Shown in pieces: positions 1-11,300 of a DNA stretch of 64,000 nucleotides. Position 1 is the first letter of the stretch. Every line of letters starts with the position of its first letter. The DNA comes from Oopsacas minuta. Lineage: Eukaryota > Animalia > Porifera. The stretch lies in the NCBI GenBank assembly GCA_024704765.1, contig JAKMXF010000011.1:289863-353862 (forward strand). Direction: 5' to 3'. Under the pieces are notes generated by a model. It was not told the origin of the DNA. It made no database searches and worked only from the letters and a program-made list of their open reading frames with translations. Position numbers and translations under genes: made by a program.

Positions 1-46
1 TTTGAGTAATAAATCTTGATTTACTAATTTTACGAAATCAAGATTT

Positions 47-82
47 CACAGTGTGGCAAAATGGCCATAATGGGGAAATAGG
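47..82 (+). repeat. Long (3') bipartite TIR of copy 1: heptamer + 16-nt spacer + 13-nt block
   Basis: CACAGTG (47-53), TGGCAAAATGGCCATA (54-69), ATGGGGAAATAGG (70-82). Confidence 0.9.
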
Positions 83-365
83 TAAATGAATCTGTATTAT
101 CGCCACAATTATACTTACATATACTAAATCGACACTGTAGATTTCAAAAATACCAATGATTATTTAGTAGCACGACTATAAACCTAGTTATGACGTAATT
201 ACTGACATTTTCTAATTTTTAGCACTTGTAGTTTCATTAGTGAGGATATTATGAAAGTTGATAATACATGCATGTCATGGTCTCTATTCTGCTATTTGAT
301 AACGTACAATTTAAAGACCCTTAATTATGTATGACTATTGGATACACTTATTATCATAAATCATC

Positions 366-2486
366 TCATAGTATACTATTATATAATATTTCTTGGAGGC
401 TATTTGCAACGTCTCTTTTCTTCTTTGCGTGCATCAAACGATTCTGTACTAAGATGGGGTCACTACAACATAACAACCTGACTAAAATATCTCTAACATT
501 ATCAGTGAAAGAAGTTTTTCTTGCAAGATTCTCCCGATACCGCCTTACAAATTTATTGCAGGATTCTAAACATTCCTTAGAGAGATTCTGTAATCCCTTA
601 CCATTATTATAAGCACCTATTAACTGAAACGAATGGGCAAGTAACTTGTGCAAAGATGGAGTGATGCTTGCCCATGGGTACTCAATTAGAATAAATTCGT
701 ACGTTTCTTTGCACAATTCTTGCATTTTGTCACAGTTAATCAAGTCACCACTGTTGAGGAGTCTTAACAAAACAGATAGATTTGTCTGGATCTTCTCTAA
801 TGATATTTTATCTGAAGGATTAATGGAAGAAGTGGCCCACGTCAAAAAGTCTCTCTTATTTAAAAAGCAGTCTCGCGCAATGTTACCAGTGGTTGAAGTG
901 CCGCCCTGGCTTGAAGGGATATCGACACTGAAATTACATCTTTCCTGGAGTATAGCTCGAACCCGTTTCATGGAAAAATTTACTTTCGAGTTTGATGGCG
1001 CCCATACCTTGTGTCCTGCATCAAGATGGTATATCAACAGCATGAACCACCTGAATACACAAAGGTAAGCATGCAAAGGAGATGCAGCTATAATATCGAT
1101 GTTAGAAGTTGGTTGATGCGTAATACCAACACGTTGATTTGATGGGAGTTTCAAGTAATCTTCTTCATCAACCTCTTCAAAAAGTTGCCGAGCGTCGCTA
1201 ATTAGTCTGTTAATAGGGAAACCAGAATGGGCCCATTCTAAACTTTTAATTTGGCTATCCGTTGCAGTACACAGATGACAAGAAGCCCCACCAGCTCCAT
1301 CCAGCAATCCTGCCATCTTGGTATCAAAAAGGGAACGGACTATCTCGACCTGTGCATGGCCTCCAATAAGAGATAACCCATCCTGTATGATATGGTCTGT
1401 TTGAGGATTGACTATTGTATTCATGATAAGCTTTACACTAGAATAATCTTCTTTCAGAGCTATCAGTGCTACTGGCCTAAAGCAGAACGGAGAGTTGGGT
1501 GAGCTGTTATAGAACACGTCATTTCCAAGTGTGTCTGTAATTGATATTACTTTGAATCCGAACAAAATGAAAGTTTTTGTGCTTAATGCAGAATTGTTGC
1601 TTTGTTGGTTATAGGTTTGATGACAACCGGAGCCATCCAATCCATCAGATATCTTAATTTTGAGTGGGTAGTGTGAATCAGGAACTAGGTCTAATGTTGA
1701 AAGCAAGCGTTGAATGGTCAGACTAAGGATGGAATGATAAGAGACGCAAGTCCCAATTGACAATGCTTCGGGGTCTCTGACTATTTCCATTTCATTTATT
1801 AGGCTTATTTCCCTACGATATTGCGAGACAAGTTTATAGGAAGGAAGCTTAACATCACCTTTGAGAATTCTTTTCAGATTCGTGTATTTACTCGCCCCAA
1901 TTTCTAATCTGTCCAATATATAAGCACATTTAGAGATTTGTACTTTGTTCAATACACCGCTAAAAGATCCCTTATCAATTATTTCTCTGCACATGTCTGA
2001 AGTATCACGGTCATAGGATTTATTTGAGACTAATTCTAAAGCTAGAGCGAGTAGTTGTTTAGGCTCAATCTTTTCTCTCTCTGCTAAAAAGTCCACATGC
2101 TCTAAAAGAACACCAAGTCTCGATCTGGAAGTCTTCATGTGACATTCGAGAATATGCTTCCGGGATTCAGTTACAATCTGTTCTGAAAAGTTTCGATTTT
2201 CAGAATCAGTGACTAAAGAAAATTCAGGATCAAGCGATATTCTCTTTCTTGGATTGGATATTGTTAGATGAGTAGGGTGGAAAATCATATTATCCCATGT
2301 TTCAAGATCCTTCCTGCGGTAAGCCTCTCTGGATGTTAGAAGTGATTTAAATTTTAAATGAAGAGTAGCAGTTTCTTCTTCGGATAAATGGTTGTTCTCA
2401 ATAAGTTTCCTAACAGAGACTGTAACACTTCTTCCATTCGAAATATACAAACTATATGCCTCATTGTTGGTGATTAGTACAGACAT
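366..2486 (-). CDS. RAG1-like/Transib transposase, 706 aa from the ATG (the ORF track starts 3 codons earlier at a TTG)
   Basis: Motifs matching the RAG1 core: GLDGSG (D600 equivalent), RSLFDTK (D708), CHLC and LHKLLAH (Zn), PLH, TGNIAR, ECLESCNK (E962). The ATG at 2484-2486 aligns with the ATG of copy 2 (49440-49442). No stops. Confidence 0.93.
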   Translation of the reverse strand: MSVLITNNEAYSLYISNGRSVTVSVRKLIENNHLSEEETATLHLKFKSLLTSREAYRRKDLETWDNMIFHPTHLTISNPRKRISLDPEFSLVTDSENRNFSEQIVTESRKHILECHMKTSRSRLGVLLEHVDFLAEREKIEPKQLLALALELVSNKSYDRDTSDMCREIIDKGSFSGVLNKVQISKCAYILDRLEIGASKYTNLKRILKGDVKLPSYKLVSQYRREISLINEMEIVRDPEALSIGTCVSYHSILSLTIQRLLSTLDLVPDSHYPLKIKISDGLDGSGCHQTYNQQSNNSALSTKTFILFGFKVISITDTLGNDVFYNSSPNSPFCFRPVALIALKEDYSSVKLIMNTIVNPQTDHIIQDGLSLIGGHAQVEIVRSLFDTKMAGLLDGAGGASCHLCTATDSQIKSLEWAHSGFPINRLISDARQLFEEVDEEDYLKLPSNQRVGITHQPTSNIDIIAASPLHAYLCVFRWFMLLIYHLDAGHKVWAPSNSKVNFSMKRVRAILQERCNFSVDIPSSQGGTSTTGNIARDCFLNKRDFLTWATSSINPSDKISLEKIQTNLSVLLRLLNSGDLINCDKMQELCKETYEFILIEYPWASITPSLHKLLAHSFQLIGAYNNGKGLQNLSKECLESCNKFVRRYRENLARKTSFTDNVRDILVRLLCCSDPILVQNRLMHAKKKRDVANSLQEILYNSIL

Positions 2487-3132
2487 GATCCGCAAAAGGG
2501 CTACTTTAACATAGAAACATTATGATATATGATTGTAGAGTATTGGAATAACTAATAACCAGCAAAATATAGAATTTTACTGAAAAAATTTAAAACGTAT
2601 GAAAAATATATTTTTCGGATTTTTGTCCGGTCCGGACAATGAATGACGTGATAAATTTTTGGGCAGCTTTTGGCAAGCCTGGAAAGTGATTAAATAGTTG
2701 ACTAAATATAGTAACATTACTTATATATTAATAACGTTTTGTCAAATTTTGTCAAACAAGAGATGCTACACTTCAATCAATGAGAAAAAATTCCAAATTA
2801 TAAGTTTGGGAGGGCCAAACTAGACACCCGGAAAAAAGTACAAATGAATATCTAGACTAACCTATCAATGATTAAATTGTTGTTACAATATAGATTTATT
2901 ATCAGAAGATGTTTTTCACTCTTATATTTAATATTTACATCAAATATGATTACATACATTAGGGCATAGGAATTTGAGGTTTGAAAATATATATTTCTAT
3001 TATTAGAAACACATAACAAAGTTGTGCGTAGTTAGGATTCCTAACTGCTTCTAATGCTGCCAATGATATTTTCGTACTAATTGAACTATGGAGAATTCGA
3101 AAAATGCATTGAAATATGTTTTTTAAAATATG

Positions 3133-3159
3133 CCTATTTCCCCATATTGCCACACTGTG
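3133..3159 (-). repeat. Short (5') bipartite TIR of copy 1: heptamer + 7-nt spacer + 13-nt block
   Basis: The minus strand reads CACAGTG TGGCAAT ATGGGGAAATAGG; the block is identical to that of the long end. Confidence 0.9.
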
Positions 3160-4449
3160 GATTTCTTCCTCGAATACTCTCACAACACCAATGCATATTC
3201 CAGTTCAACATATAAAGATTTCTTTCTCGTTTAATATCACAACACCCAGCGTTAGCAGATGAGTTCATAAAATACATAACTCATCCTGAAAGTGTACAGC
3301 AATATAATCACTTATTGACTCGGTATATTCTAAACAGATTGCATTTATATGTTTTAAATTGACAGACTAGAATTGTTATGAAATAATTGACTGGATTTGT
3401 TCTAAACTGATTGACTCGAATTAATCTAAATTTAGATGATCTTCGTCTAGTAACTAGAGGAAGAAAAATGTATCTTCTTTGCAGTCTATTATCAGCTAGT
3501 TATACACTCTCTAGATAATTACTGTAAGTAAATTGTGAAACAATGACAATAATGACAAAATTCGTGCGGTAGACAAATCAGATGCGGGCGGTAGAGCTGA
3601 AATATGTTTCAAATTAACAGTGGCCTAATCTATTGGAAACATCTTGCCTTGTGTAGACAAAAGATTCAAGTACCAGATACGCGATACTCATATACAGACC
3701 TACTCAATTTGAATTTCCGTGATTCACCATCAAAATTTTATCTGCAAAACATTCAGAATAATGATAGTTCAAATGTGATGGTAGTAGTGGCCATGGTCAT
3801 CAAGGTTCCTACGCCACTGTGCTTACATCCGCCGAATAATTTTCTATTTGCTTGCATTGAGTTACATAAAAGAAAATTACACTTCCAGTATTTGTGAATA
3901 GAACCTACTCAAGGTAAAGAAATCCAGGGAATAACTTTAGACTACTAAAATTAAAATTTGATATGGTTAATTCCATGCTAATAATCACGTTTCGAGGAAT
4001 ATTTGGTACTGCATTTAATTGACCAGTAACAAATTGATACTGTACTAATTTGAGTATCACGGTCGGGGCTTTGTGTCCTTCATGGCTGCTGAACTGGCAC
4101 ATTAGGTACCAAGCAAATACCCAGACCAGTGGTTCCTAACCTTGTCCACCCGCGGACTCCCTCACATATTAAATTAGTTTCCTGTTGAACATACCTGCAT
4201 TTGGACAGCATGAATACATGCCACCACAAATGATTCGTTACAGGACAGAGTTAAACGCAGAGTTGCATGCGGGCCGGAATTTCGCAACCGCGGCCCGCTA
4301 TTTGAATAAATCCAGCCCCCAGCCCGCAAGAGGACCGCGAATATCTAGAACATTTGTTTCGCCATACAAATCTTAGTGGACCATAGAGAAAACGTATTAA
4401 GAAAGACTATGGGTATTTTAATAAACTAATGAAAGAATTTTAACAGAAT

Positions 4450-7050
4450 CCAGCACGATGGGTTGAATCAATAAATTCTAATGCAGACATATATGTCGGC
4501 GAAAGCAGAGCTCCCCTGGCGGTTATTATAAGTCCGGTATGCGAAAAGTCTCGTTCTGATTGACCAGAACTGGCCGGACAACAGATGACTTGGCGAACTA
4601 GTTTCCCCAAGATGGAGAGACGCGATCATCTATCAATTATCCGAGACAGAGATAGACGAACCACTAAAGAAGAAAACCAAATCTTTGTTTGCATCCATGC
4701 GAGACAACTACCAACCGCCTAAGCATACCCAGGATGCAACACTTACCTTAAAGGAGGAGTGTAAAATCTATCTAGCTGGTGAGGCTACAGTTGACTACGA
4801 TGATGATGATCCTCTAACATATTGGGGGAAATTATTCCTGTACCGCTTCGTTGTTGGTCTGTTGCAGACCGTACAGTGTAGCCAACCATTCTGGGATGTC
4901 TTTTAGCAGATCTCTTTTGAACTTCTTGTCCGCTGAAGTGGAGTTAGGTAAGAAACTGAATTACATAAACCCAGGGTCAAGAAAGGTGGCGATCTAATGA
5001 TATTGGGTTATCGAAGTGTAAAACTTCTTTTGCATAAGTAGAATAAAGTGGTCTTTAAGAGCTGCTATTTCAATAATGTCCTGCTCGTCGATGGCTCTCA
5101 TGGCATACAGCTTATAATATGAAGGGATGATAATATTAATTGTCGAATGTCTGCTGTACTGCAGGTTCTCAAAAACATCACTGAACAACTCTGCCAAATC
5201 CCTTACTTCGTCATTCAGGCACTTGTCGACAGCAGCTAGAATTGACAGTCGCCCTCACTCTGTCAGCTTATCTGAAAGTTAATGTAGTTTTTGTCAATGC
5301 TGTGTGAACGGCGGAAGATGGATGTCCACGGACGTGTATTTCCCTCATGTTTGATTGATACAGGCAAAGTTTCTGAATACCTGTAGCCTGTTCATGTATT
5401 TACAGAGAATACATGCAACTTCTTCATATTGTTTAAACTTTGGGCACTGATTCTGGGTTCCTATATATGCATCCAGGGGCATAGATCCGTGATTTTTCTG
5501 GGGGATGGAGAATTTAAAACTAGCACTTTTCTACATATGACAAATATGAATATGCCATAATTGTAGTCATTAAACTTCCTAACTCGACAAAAAGATAGAC
5601 AATAATAAAAACAGCTAAGAACATAGATCATAGTATACATAATATACTTTATACTTGGTAGTGTGAAAAGAACCAATTGATTTAATATATCTAGATTACA
5701 GTATAAATTATTCGAAGGGACTCTACGAGTGCGAATTATTAATAAGCACGATAGAGATTTTTACAAGTATACATTTAACCGGATTATAACAAGAGTGTTT
5801 GATTTCAATCAAAATCCGAGTTTTATCAAAATATCTTATTAAAATTTAATATTTTGACGTTTGTATTATTTTCTCAAGCTGATTATGTCCATTCTGATAT
5901 CATTATGTATACCTATCGAAAATCTATTCATTTGTACAGTCAGGATCGCTTAGTGTGAACCCCTTCATAATGACTTGGCTTATTACAAATCTTATGTAAG
6001 CCGAAGAATTGGAACCTGAGGAGGTTGTTCATAATGAACAAATGTTCATATTAAGCCGGATGGTTCAGTGAGCTGTCATACAAAATCCGATTAAAATAAA
6101 AAAAAAAAAAGATTAAATTCAAAAAATCCGATTTCTTTGATATTATTAAAAAATCATGGTTTTTATTAACCCTGATTTTACAACATATATTTCAATGAGT
6201 AGATAGGGAATGACATCTCAGATTAATATCTTTGAAAACATACTCGAGAACAGTGAAATTTGAATATAACAAGAGGATAATCTGCTGAAACTCAAAAGAT
6301 TTGAGAGCAAAAATAATGTATACATATCTCAAAAGTTAAAATGTAGGGGGGATGATTACATAGAGCGTCCCCCTAAGCTCATAAGTGGGGGGATATATCC
6401 CCCCATCCCTCCGGGATCTACGTCCCTGTTTGCATCATTGAAGACAGTGTGCAGACGATGACAAGCGCATTCAATTCTGGGGGCATCACGTAGACCAGCG
6501 ACCATGTTAGACCCTTTCTCCGCTACAACAGGCGCGGAAACGCTGATCAGGCTATATTCTTCAACAATGCGGCTGTAGTGTTCCAAGATATTGTCACCAG
6601 TGTGGGAGCCAGTTCCGAAGTGGTCAAGTGCCAATAGACTGTGCTCAATTTGAAATCATCCGTGATCCAGAATGTGTGTACGTCCAAGTAGCTCAATTTT
6701 CGGTAGTTATCTGTCCAGTTAGTGGTAAACGCAGCTGCGAGGCAGATATCGGCTCAACCAGCGCATCTTTCAGCTTGTTCTGTAGTGTAGTGGCTTTCGA
6801 CAAGCAATGGTGCTGTACAACATTTCGTCCAAAAGGTGTACCTTCGGTGATAGATACCTCAAAACAGCCTCTCTTCGCTCCCAAATCAACAAATGTTTGT
6901 GTAAATTTGCGAAAATCCTCAGACTCTAGAAGTGAAAGCTTTGGTAACCCAATGTACATATCGCCAACTGGGATTCCTTGATTGAACCTGCCTCTTCTTT
7001 AGTTTGCTTGAGCTGACAATAGGTTGAAACAAATTACACTTGTGGCTTTA
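4450..7050 (-). pseudogene. hAT transposase relic, interrupted by a MITE and an internal inversion
   Basis: Minus-strand motifs HTGDNI, GSNMVA, CACHRL (CxxH), IATFLDP and PASSGQSERDFS; the DPLTYW segment lies on the plus strand (about 4620-4830). Confidence 0.82.
5474..6428. mobile_element. Non-autonomous hAT-type MITE inserted in the hAT relic
   Basis: TIRs CAGGGGCATAGATCC and CAGGGACGTAGATCC; 8-bp flanks TATGCATC and TTTGCATC (7/8 match); removing it rejoins the host frame VFNDA-YIGTQ. Confidence 0.78.
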
Positions 7051-7599
7051 TAATACCACCACTGTGATACTGGTAAATCCAAATTTAGATAGTCTTCAGA
7101 GCAAGTTCACTTTTTAATGTTGATTTTCCAGCAATCTTAACAGTGGTTTTTGAAAGCTGGAATTAGTAAAAATTAAGAAGTTAAAAATGAAAAATATTAA
7201 GGTATATATGTAAACATAATTTGTCAATTTGGAGTATTTATAGACTTAACATGTGGAATATCCATGGAGAGTCAGTATGGAAATGATTCCTAATGTTTCT
7301 TATTGTTTACATTAAATCTAGCCACCTCAATTTCTGATGGTATAATGCCAGTATTGTCATCAAATACAATATAAAGGCCATGGATACGTATTTACAACCA
7401 TTGTGCATGCGAAAAGCACTTTGCACATAGCATTGTACACAGCTATGCACATGCAATATACGCACAATGTATTCTAAAATCAGCAAAAATTCATAATTTA
7501 AACAATTTTTGGCATTAATCAGCAAATTTTAATAATGTTGTATAAATTAGCTGAACCTTCGCGACCCCCAGGTGGAAAATGCTTGTTGTAGGGTCTCAC

Positions 7600-8320
7600 G
7601 GTACACATTCAGTTTGAGTGTGTAAATCACATCAAAATGTAAAGCTCATGGTTGCAGCCTTACCCTTGGAGGATAGTTTAACTCATCATGATCTAATAGC
7701 CCAACCAGTTTGTTATACGGATTCAAAATGGGTATGGTTCACCAATGTGCTAGGTGTCCAGGGACCTTTGGTTTACAAACATACTTGAGAGTAAGCTCAG
7801 AGTTACAATCCTTGATAATGGTGAAAATATAGCCTTTCAAACAGTAAATTTCTACCGATCGTACGACTTTGGAAGAATCTATCAAATATCTATCATAATG
7901 TTTGGAAGTTTGACTCAGGAATCAGATAGGTTAACAACACATTAATTTATCTCTAAGAATCAATCTGCATACATAAAAATCTTAAAGATATTCTAAAACC
8001 TAATGAAGCGATTATTATAGTGGATTTTGTAGAAAATTGTAGTTTAATAATTCTAGAGCTGTGCAAGGATTGCATTGGAATAACTCTGAGGCAACAATAC
8101 ATCATTTTGCAATTTATTAGCAAGGAGACGATTGTCAACTATGTAATACAAGTTTCTGCGTCATTAGTGATTGCTAAAACATGTGCAAATCTAGTACATC
8201 ATCAAGATGATTTCGGTTTAGCAGCAGGATGGCATTTCTTGCAACCTCTCATTGGAAAACGCGAGCGATGGCATGGTAGCACTGTAAAGAGAGGAGCTGC
8301 AAATGCAAGCTAAGAGCTAA
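7600..8320 (+). pseudogene. Degenerate DNA-transposon transposase fragment (possibly Sola-like; family uncertain)
   Basis: Frameshifted remnants CVCKSHQN, QCARCPG, VDFVEN, ISD and an ATSH-x-K...DG...VKR-like motif. Confidence 0.4.
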
Positions 8321-11300
8321 CGTCTGGCCATATTAACTCCTCAACAACATTGCGAATGGTGTTCATTCCATTTAACTAGGGAAACAAATATTTTTAAATT
8401 GCTAAAGGTGGAATTCAATTCAATTCATCAGGAAGAGAGATTCAAAAAGGCTTATAAAATTCAAGGAAGCCGTGGTTTCCATTGTTTGGACCTTGCAAGA
8501 ACTTGTATTAGCCGAGGAGGTAAGATTTTTGCAGGACTTCAGTAAACAAAATATTGCTCAAATAAACACAACTTAGATAAGCAAGAGTGGAAGGGCATAT
8601 CAGCTTTCCCCGACTGATGAAAGTTTATTAATATGAATACAATTTCACAGATATTATTCGTATTGATGAGTAATAAACTTTAGGATTGTTTGTACAACGT
8701 ACACCTTGAATAATGCAAAGATATTGAAATATGTATTTTTATGCATGTTATTAGGGAAGAGGCTTCTATAGGAGAAAGTGAATAATCTTTACAAAGGTAT
8801 CAACTTCCATACCCAGGAATGTAAAAATACTAATTGATTGAGTTCACTATAGTATTTGGAAATTTCTAAACCGGGATTTGAATTCGAACGAACTTCTTTT
8901 ACATACTTACCTTATGTGCTTATAGGGATTCAATTAATTAAAAATGCTATTGAAAATTTAGAATCAGCGTTAACTCTGTCCTGTAACCAATCATTTGTGG
9001 TGGCGTGCATTCATGCTTTCCAAATCAGGTATGTTCAACAGGAAACAAATATATTATGTGAAATATAGGAAAAAAAGCTCTAGAAATTCGTATGCAGATT
9101 GTACAAATGCAGAGTGGATTATCAAATGAATAATTATATTCTAAACACAGATATAGACTTTTAAGGATTCATATCTTACTCTATAAAATTACAATTGTTC
9201 AAGTTTAGAACAGCCAATTTCAAAACTATGGTACAGAAACTCCTAATTTCGCTAGAAATACATATACTTTAATGATTAATTTATAGAAAAGTTTAGGGGA
9301 TGACAGAATTATGTCCAACTCTATTAAGGGATTCTAAAACAGAAATGTCCGAAATCGAAAAAACAATATTCATTCTCTATAATAGAGAACCAAATCGAAT
9401 TATAGATTTTCTAATCGAATAAGGTTCAATTCGCTAACATTGAAGGATTATTTTTCCTTAGAGAGATACATAAAGCTGGACTCCTATTTTTACTACAATT
9501 CGGCAGCATGTATAGCCATATTTTAGTAGGATGATAAGTGGAATTTCGTTGTAAGCGGAGTAAATCAAATACTTTCAAGCAATAGGGGTAAAGAATCACT
9601 TAGTAATAACTGAGTTTAGTTATAAAGAGAGTTTACAGTAATGAATAATCAGTGTATCGAAAAAGAGAATAAAATTTAGGTCAAGGAGGTTATATCTCAG
9701 GATTTGGGAAAATATTGACAAATTTTGTAGATTGCAACATACGATAGCAAAGTAAACCTATAAATAACATTTGATGAACCTTTTCCTTTTGAAAACTATT
9801 TGTGCCAAATATCGATATGTATTTAAGGATCGCCGGTTTTGCAAATGTTTAACTGTTCTAGTAAATAAATTTCGAATCATAATACATAAACAAAATAATC
9901 TTGCGATTAATTTCCTTAATCTACAGCAGCATTGTTTTGAATTACTGATTGTAGGATTCAAAATTCAAATTCAAAATATATGCAATATCAGTAGGATGTT
10001 AAGTTATGTACTTAAGTACGCATTTCACTATTAGTGAATACCAATCTTAGTGTATACGACTTAAGTGCATACATATTACTTAAGTACTAAGTATATTTGA
10101 ATTACGACTAGTGAATATGACTGCTGATGATAAATATTCGCATTAAACAAAGATAAAACTTACTGGGTAGATGCAATAAGGTCAAGGACAAGTTTCTGAC
10201 GTTCATCGTCATTCAATTCTGAAATTCCAGGTGTTTCAAATTGTTTTCTTAGCCAGTTTCCTATATACAAATGAATAGGAGCAATTAAATATAATCTAGT
10301 GAAGAACATATTAATTCAATAAAGGGCATAGCTCGTTTGGGAGGCGTGGCCTATGAATCCTTACCTGAAGCCCCTAAGAGGCACCTACTGTGATAAAATG
10401 CAATTGTGCTCGGCACTTCGTACGCCGAATTAAGCAAAGACAATAATAGAATTCAAATCCGACTAAGATATCCTGGATATAATGCACCTATCAATCGTTA
10501 GCCCTAGAGCCTCTGTCTGGGGGCAATAGGTAGAATGTAGAGAGGAAATGATAAGAATTCTCACCTGGAGTGGGGGAATTTGACACCTAGAATTATAACA
10601 TTACATAATTTAAGATCATTTTGCCCTTAGTTAGCTACAAGGATACTCTATAAAAAGACTTAACCAAACAAGTAAATTTGGATATTAGAATTAAGAGTAA
10701 GCATAAAAGTTCGATACTATAAGACTAAACAGGGTGAATATATATATATATAAGGACGAGTTGAGGTAGAAAAAGGTCTTCTGCTCCTACCTATGTTCAG
10801 AATTTGGACAAAAAAGATTAGTAAGAATATCATTACGATGTTGGCATTAGTCAGAACGAGTAGACCCATTTAGATCGAAATTAAGTCTGAATGTGAGAAA
10901 AGTTTTTTATGAAGAAATTGCTGGAAAATCTTCACTATTCCGAGTACGTCTCAAAAAGGTTTGAAAACTTGGGGAAGCGGTTCCCGCGTTAATCGCTCTC
11001 ATTTCAACTGCGCTCCAATCCTAGCTAAGCTCGTTCGCTGGTTTAACTGTTAACGAAGATAAGGGGGATTAAAGGATTGACAAAACACATCATCGTTGAT
11101 CAAATTCCAACATAGATGGGTGATCAAAACATACAGTTCAGTAGTAGAAGTGATGGTAGTATCGGTGGTGGTACAACAAAAATAACTCTCACAGCAAACC
11201 TTCCTTCATGCTCGTCAATCTTGCAACAACCACATATATGCATTCCAAAAATATTATCCCTTCCAAATAATCAATTCTAACATAGGTGTAAGTATGCCGA

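Larger units (their letters stand above)
47..3159 (-). mobile_element. Complete RAG1-like (Transib-type) DNA transposon, copy 1, 3113 bp
   Basis: CACAGTG at 47-53 and CACTGTG at 3153-3159; 13-bp perfect terminal inverted repeat CACAGTGTGGCAA; identical 5-bp flanks GATTT (42-46, 3160-3164), the TSD length typical of Transib/RAG transposons; single long transposase ORF inside. Confidence 0.95.
4127..7585 (-). mobile_element. Decayed hAT element (boundaries tentative)
   Basis: hAT-style end CAGTGGTTCCTAACCT at 4127 and a poorly matching GCGACCCCCAGGTGGAAAATGCTTG end near 7585, flanking hAT transposase fragments; no TSD found. Confidence 0.45.

Noticed and set aside
646-1068. Antisense ORFs opposite both Transib genes (also 331..612 and 47304..47624)
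   Set aside because: Shadow frames of the coding strand with no recognisable motifs.
366-2486. A domesticated host RAG1 gene
   Set aside because: It is bounded by TIRs and a TSD, has several decayed paralogues, lacks RING/CND, and has a Transib-like GGTSTTGN motif.
2487-3152. A RAG2-like gene inside or beside the RAG1-like elements
   Set aside because: Only about 660 bp upstream and 310 bp downstream of the ORF, AT-rich with no kelch or PHD motifs; the interiors of copies 2 and 4 show none either.
10324-10370. tRNA or tRNA-derived SINE (A-box-like TAGCTCGTTTGG)
   Set aside because: No correctly spaced B box and no cloverleaf.
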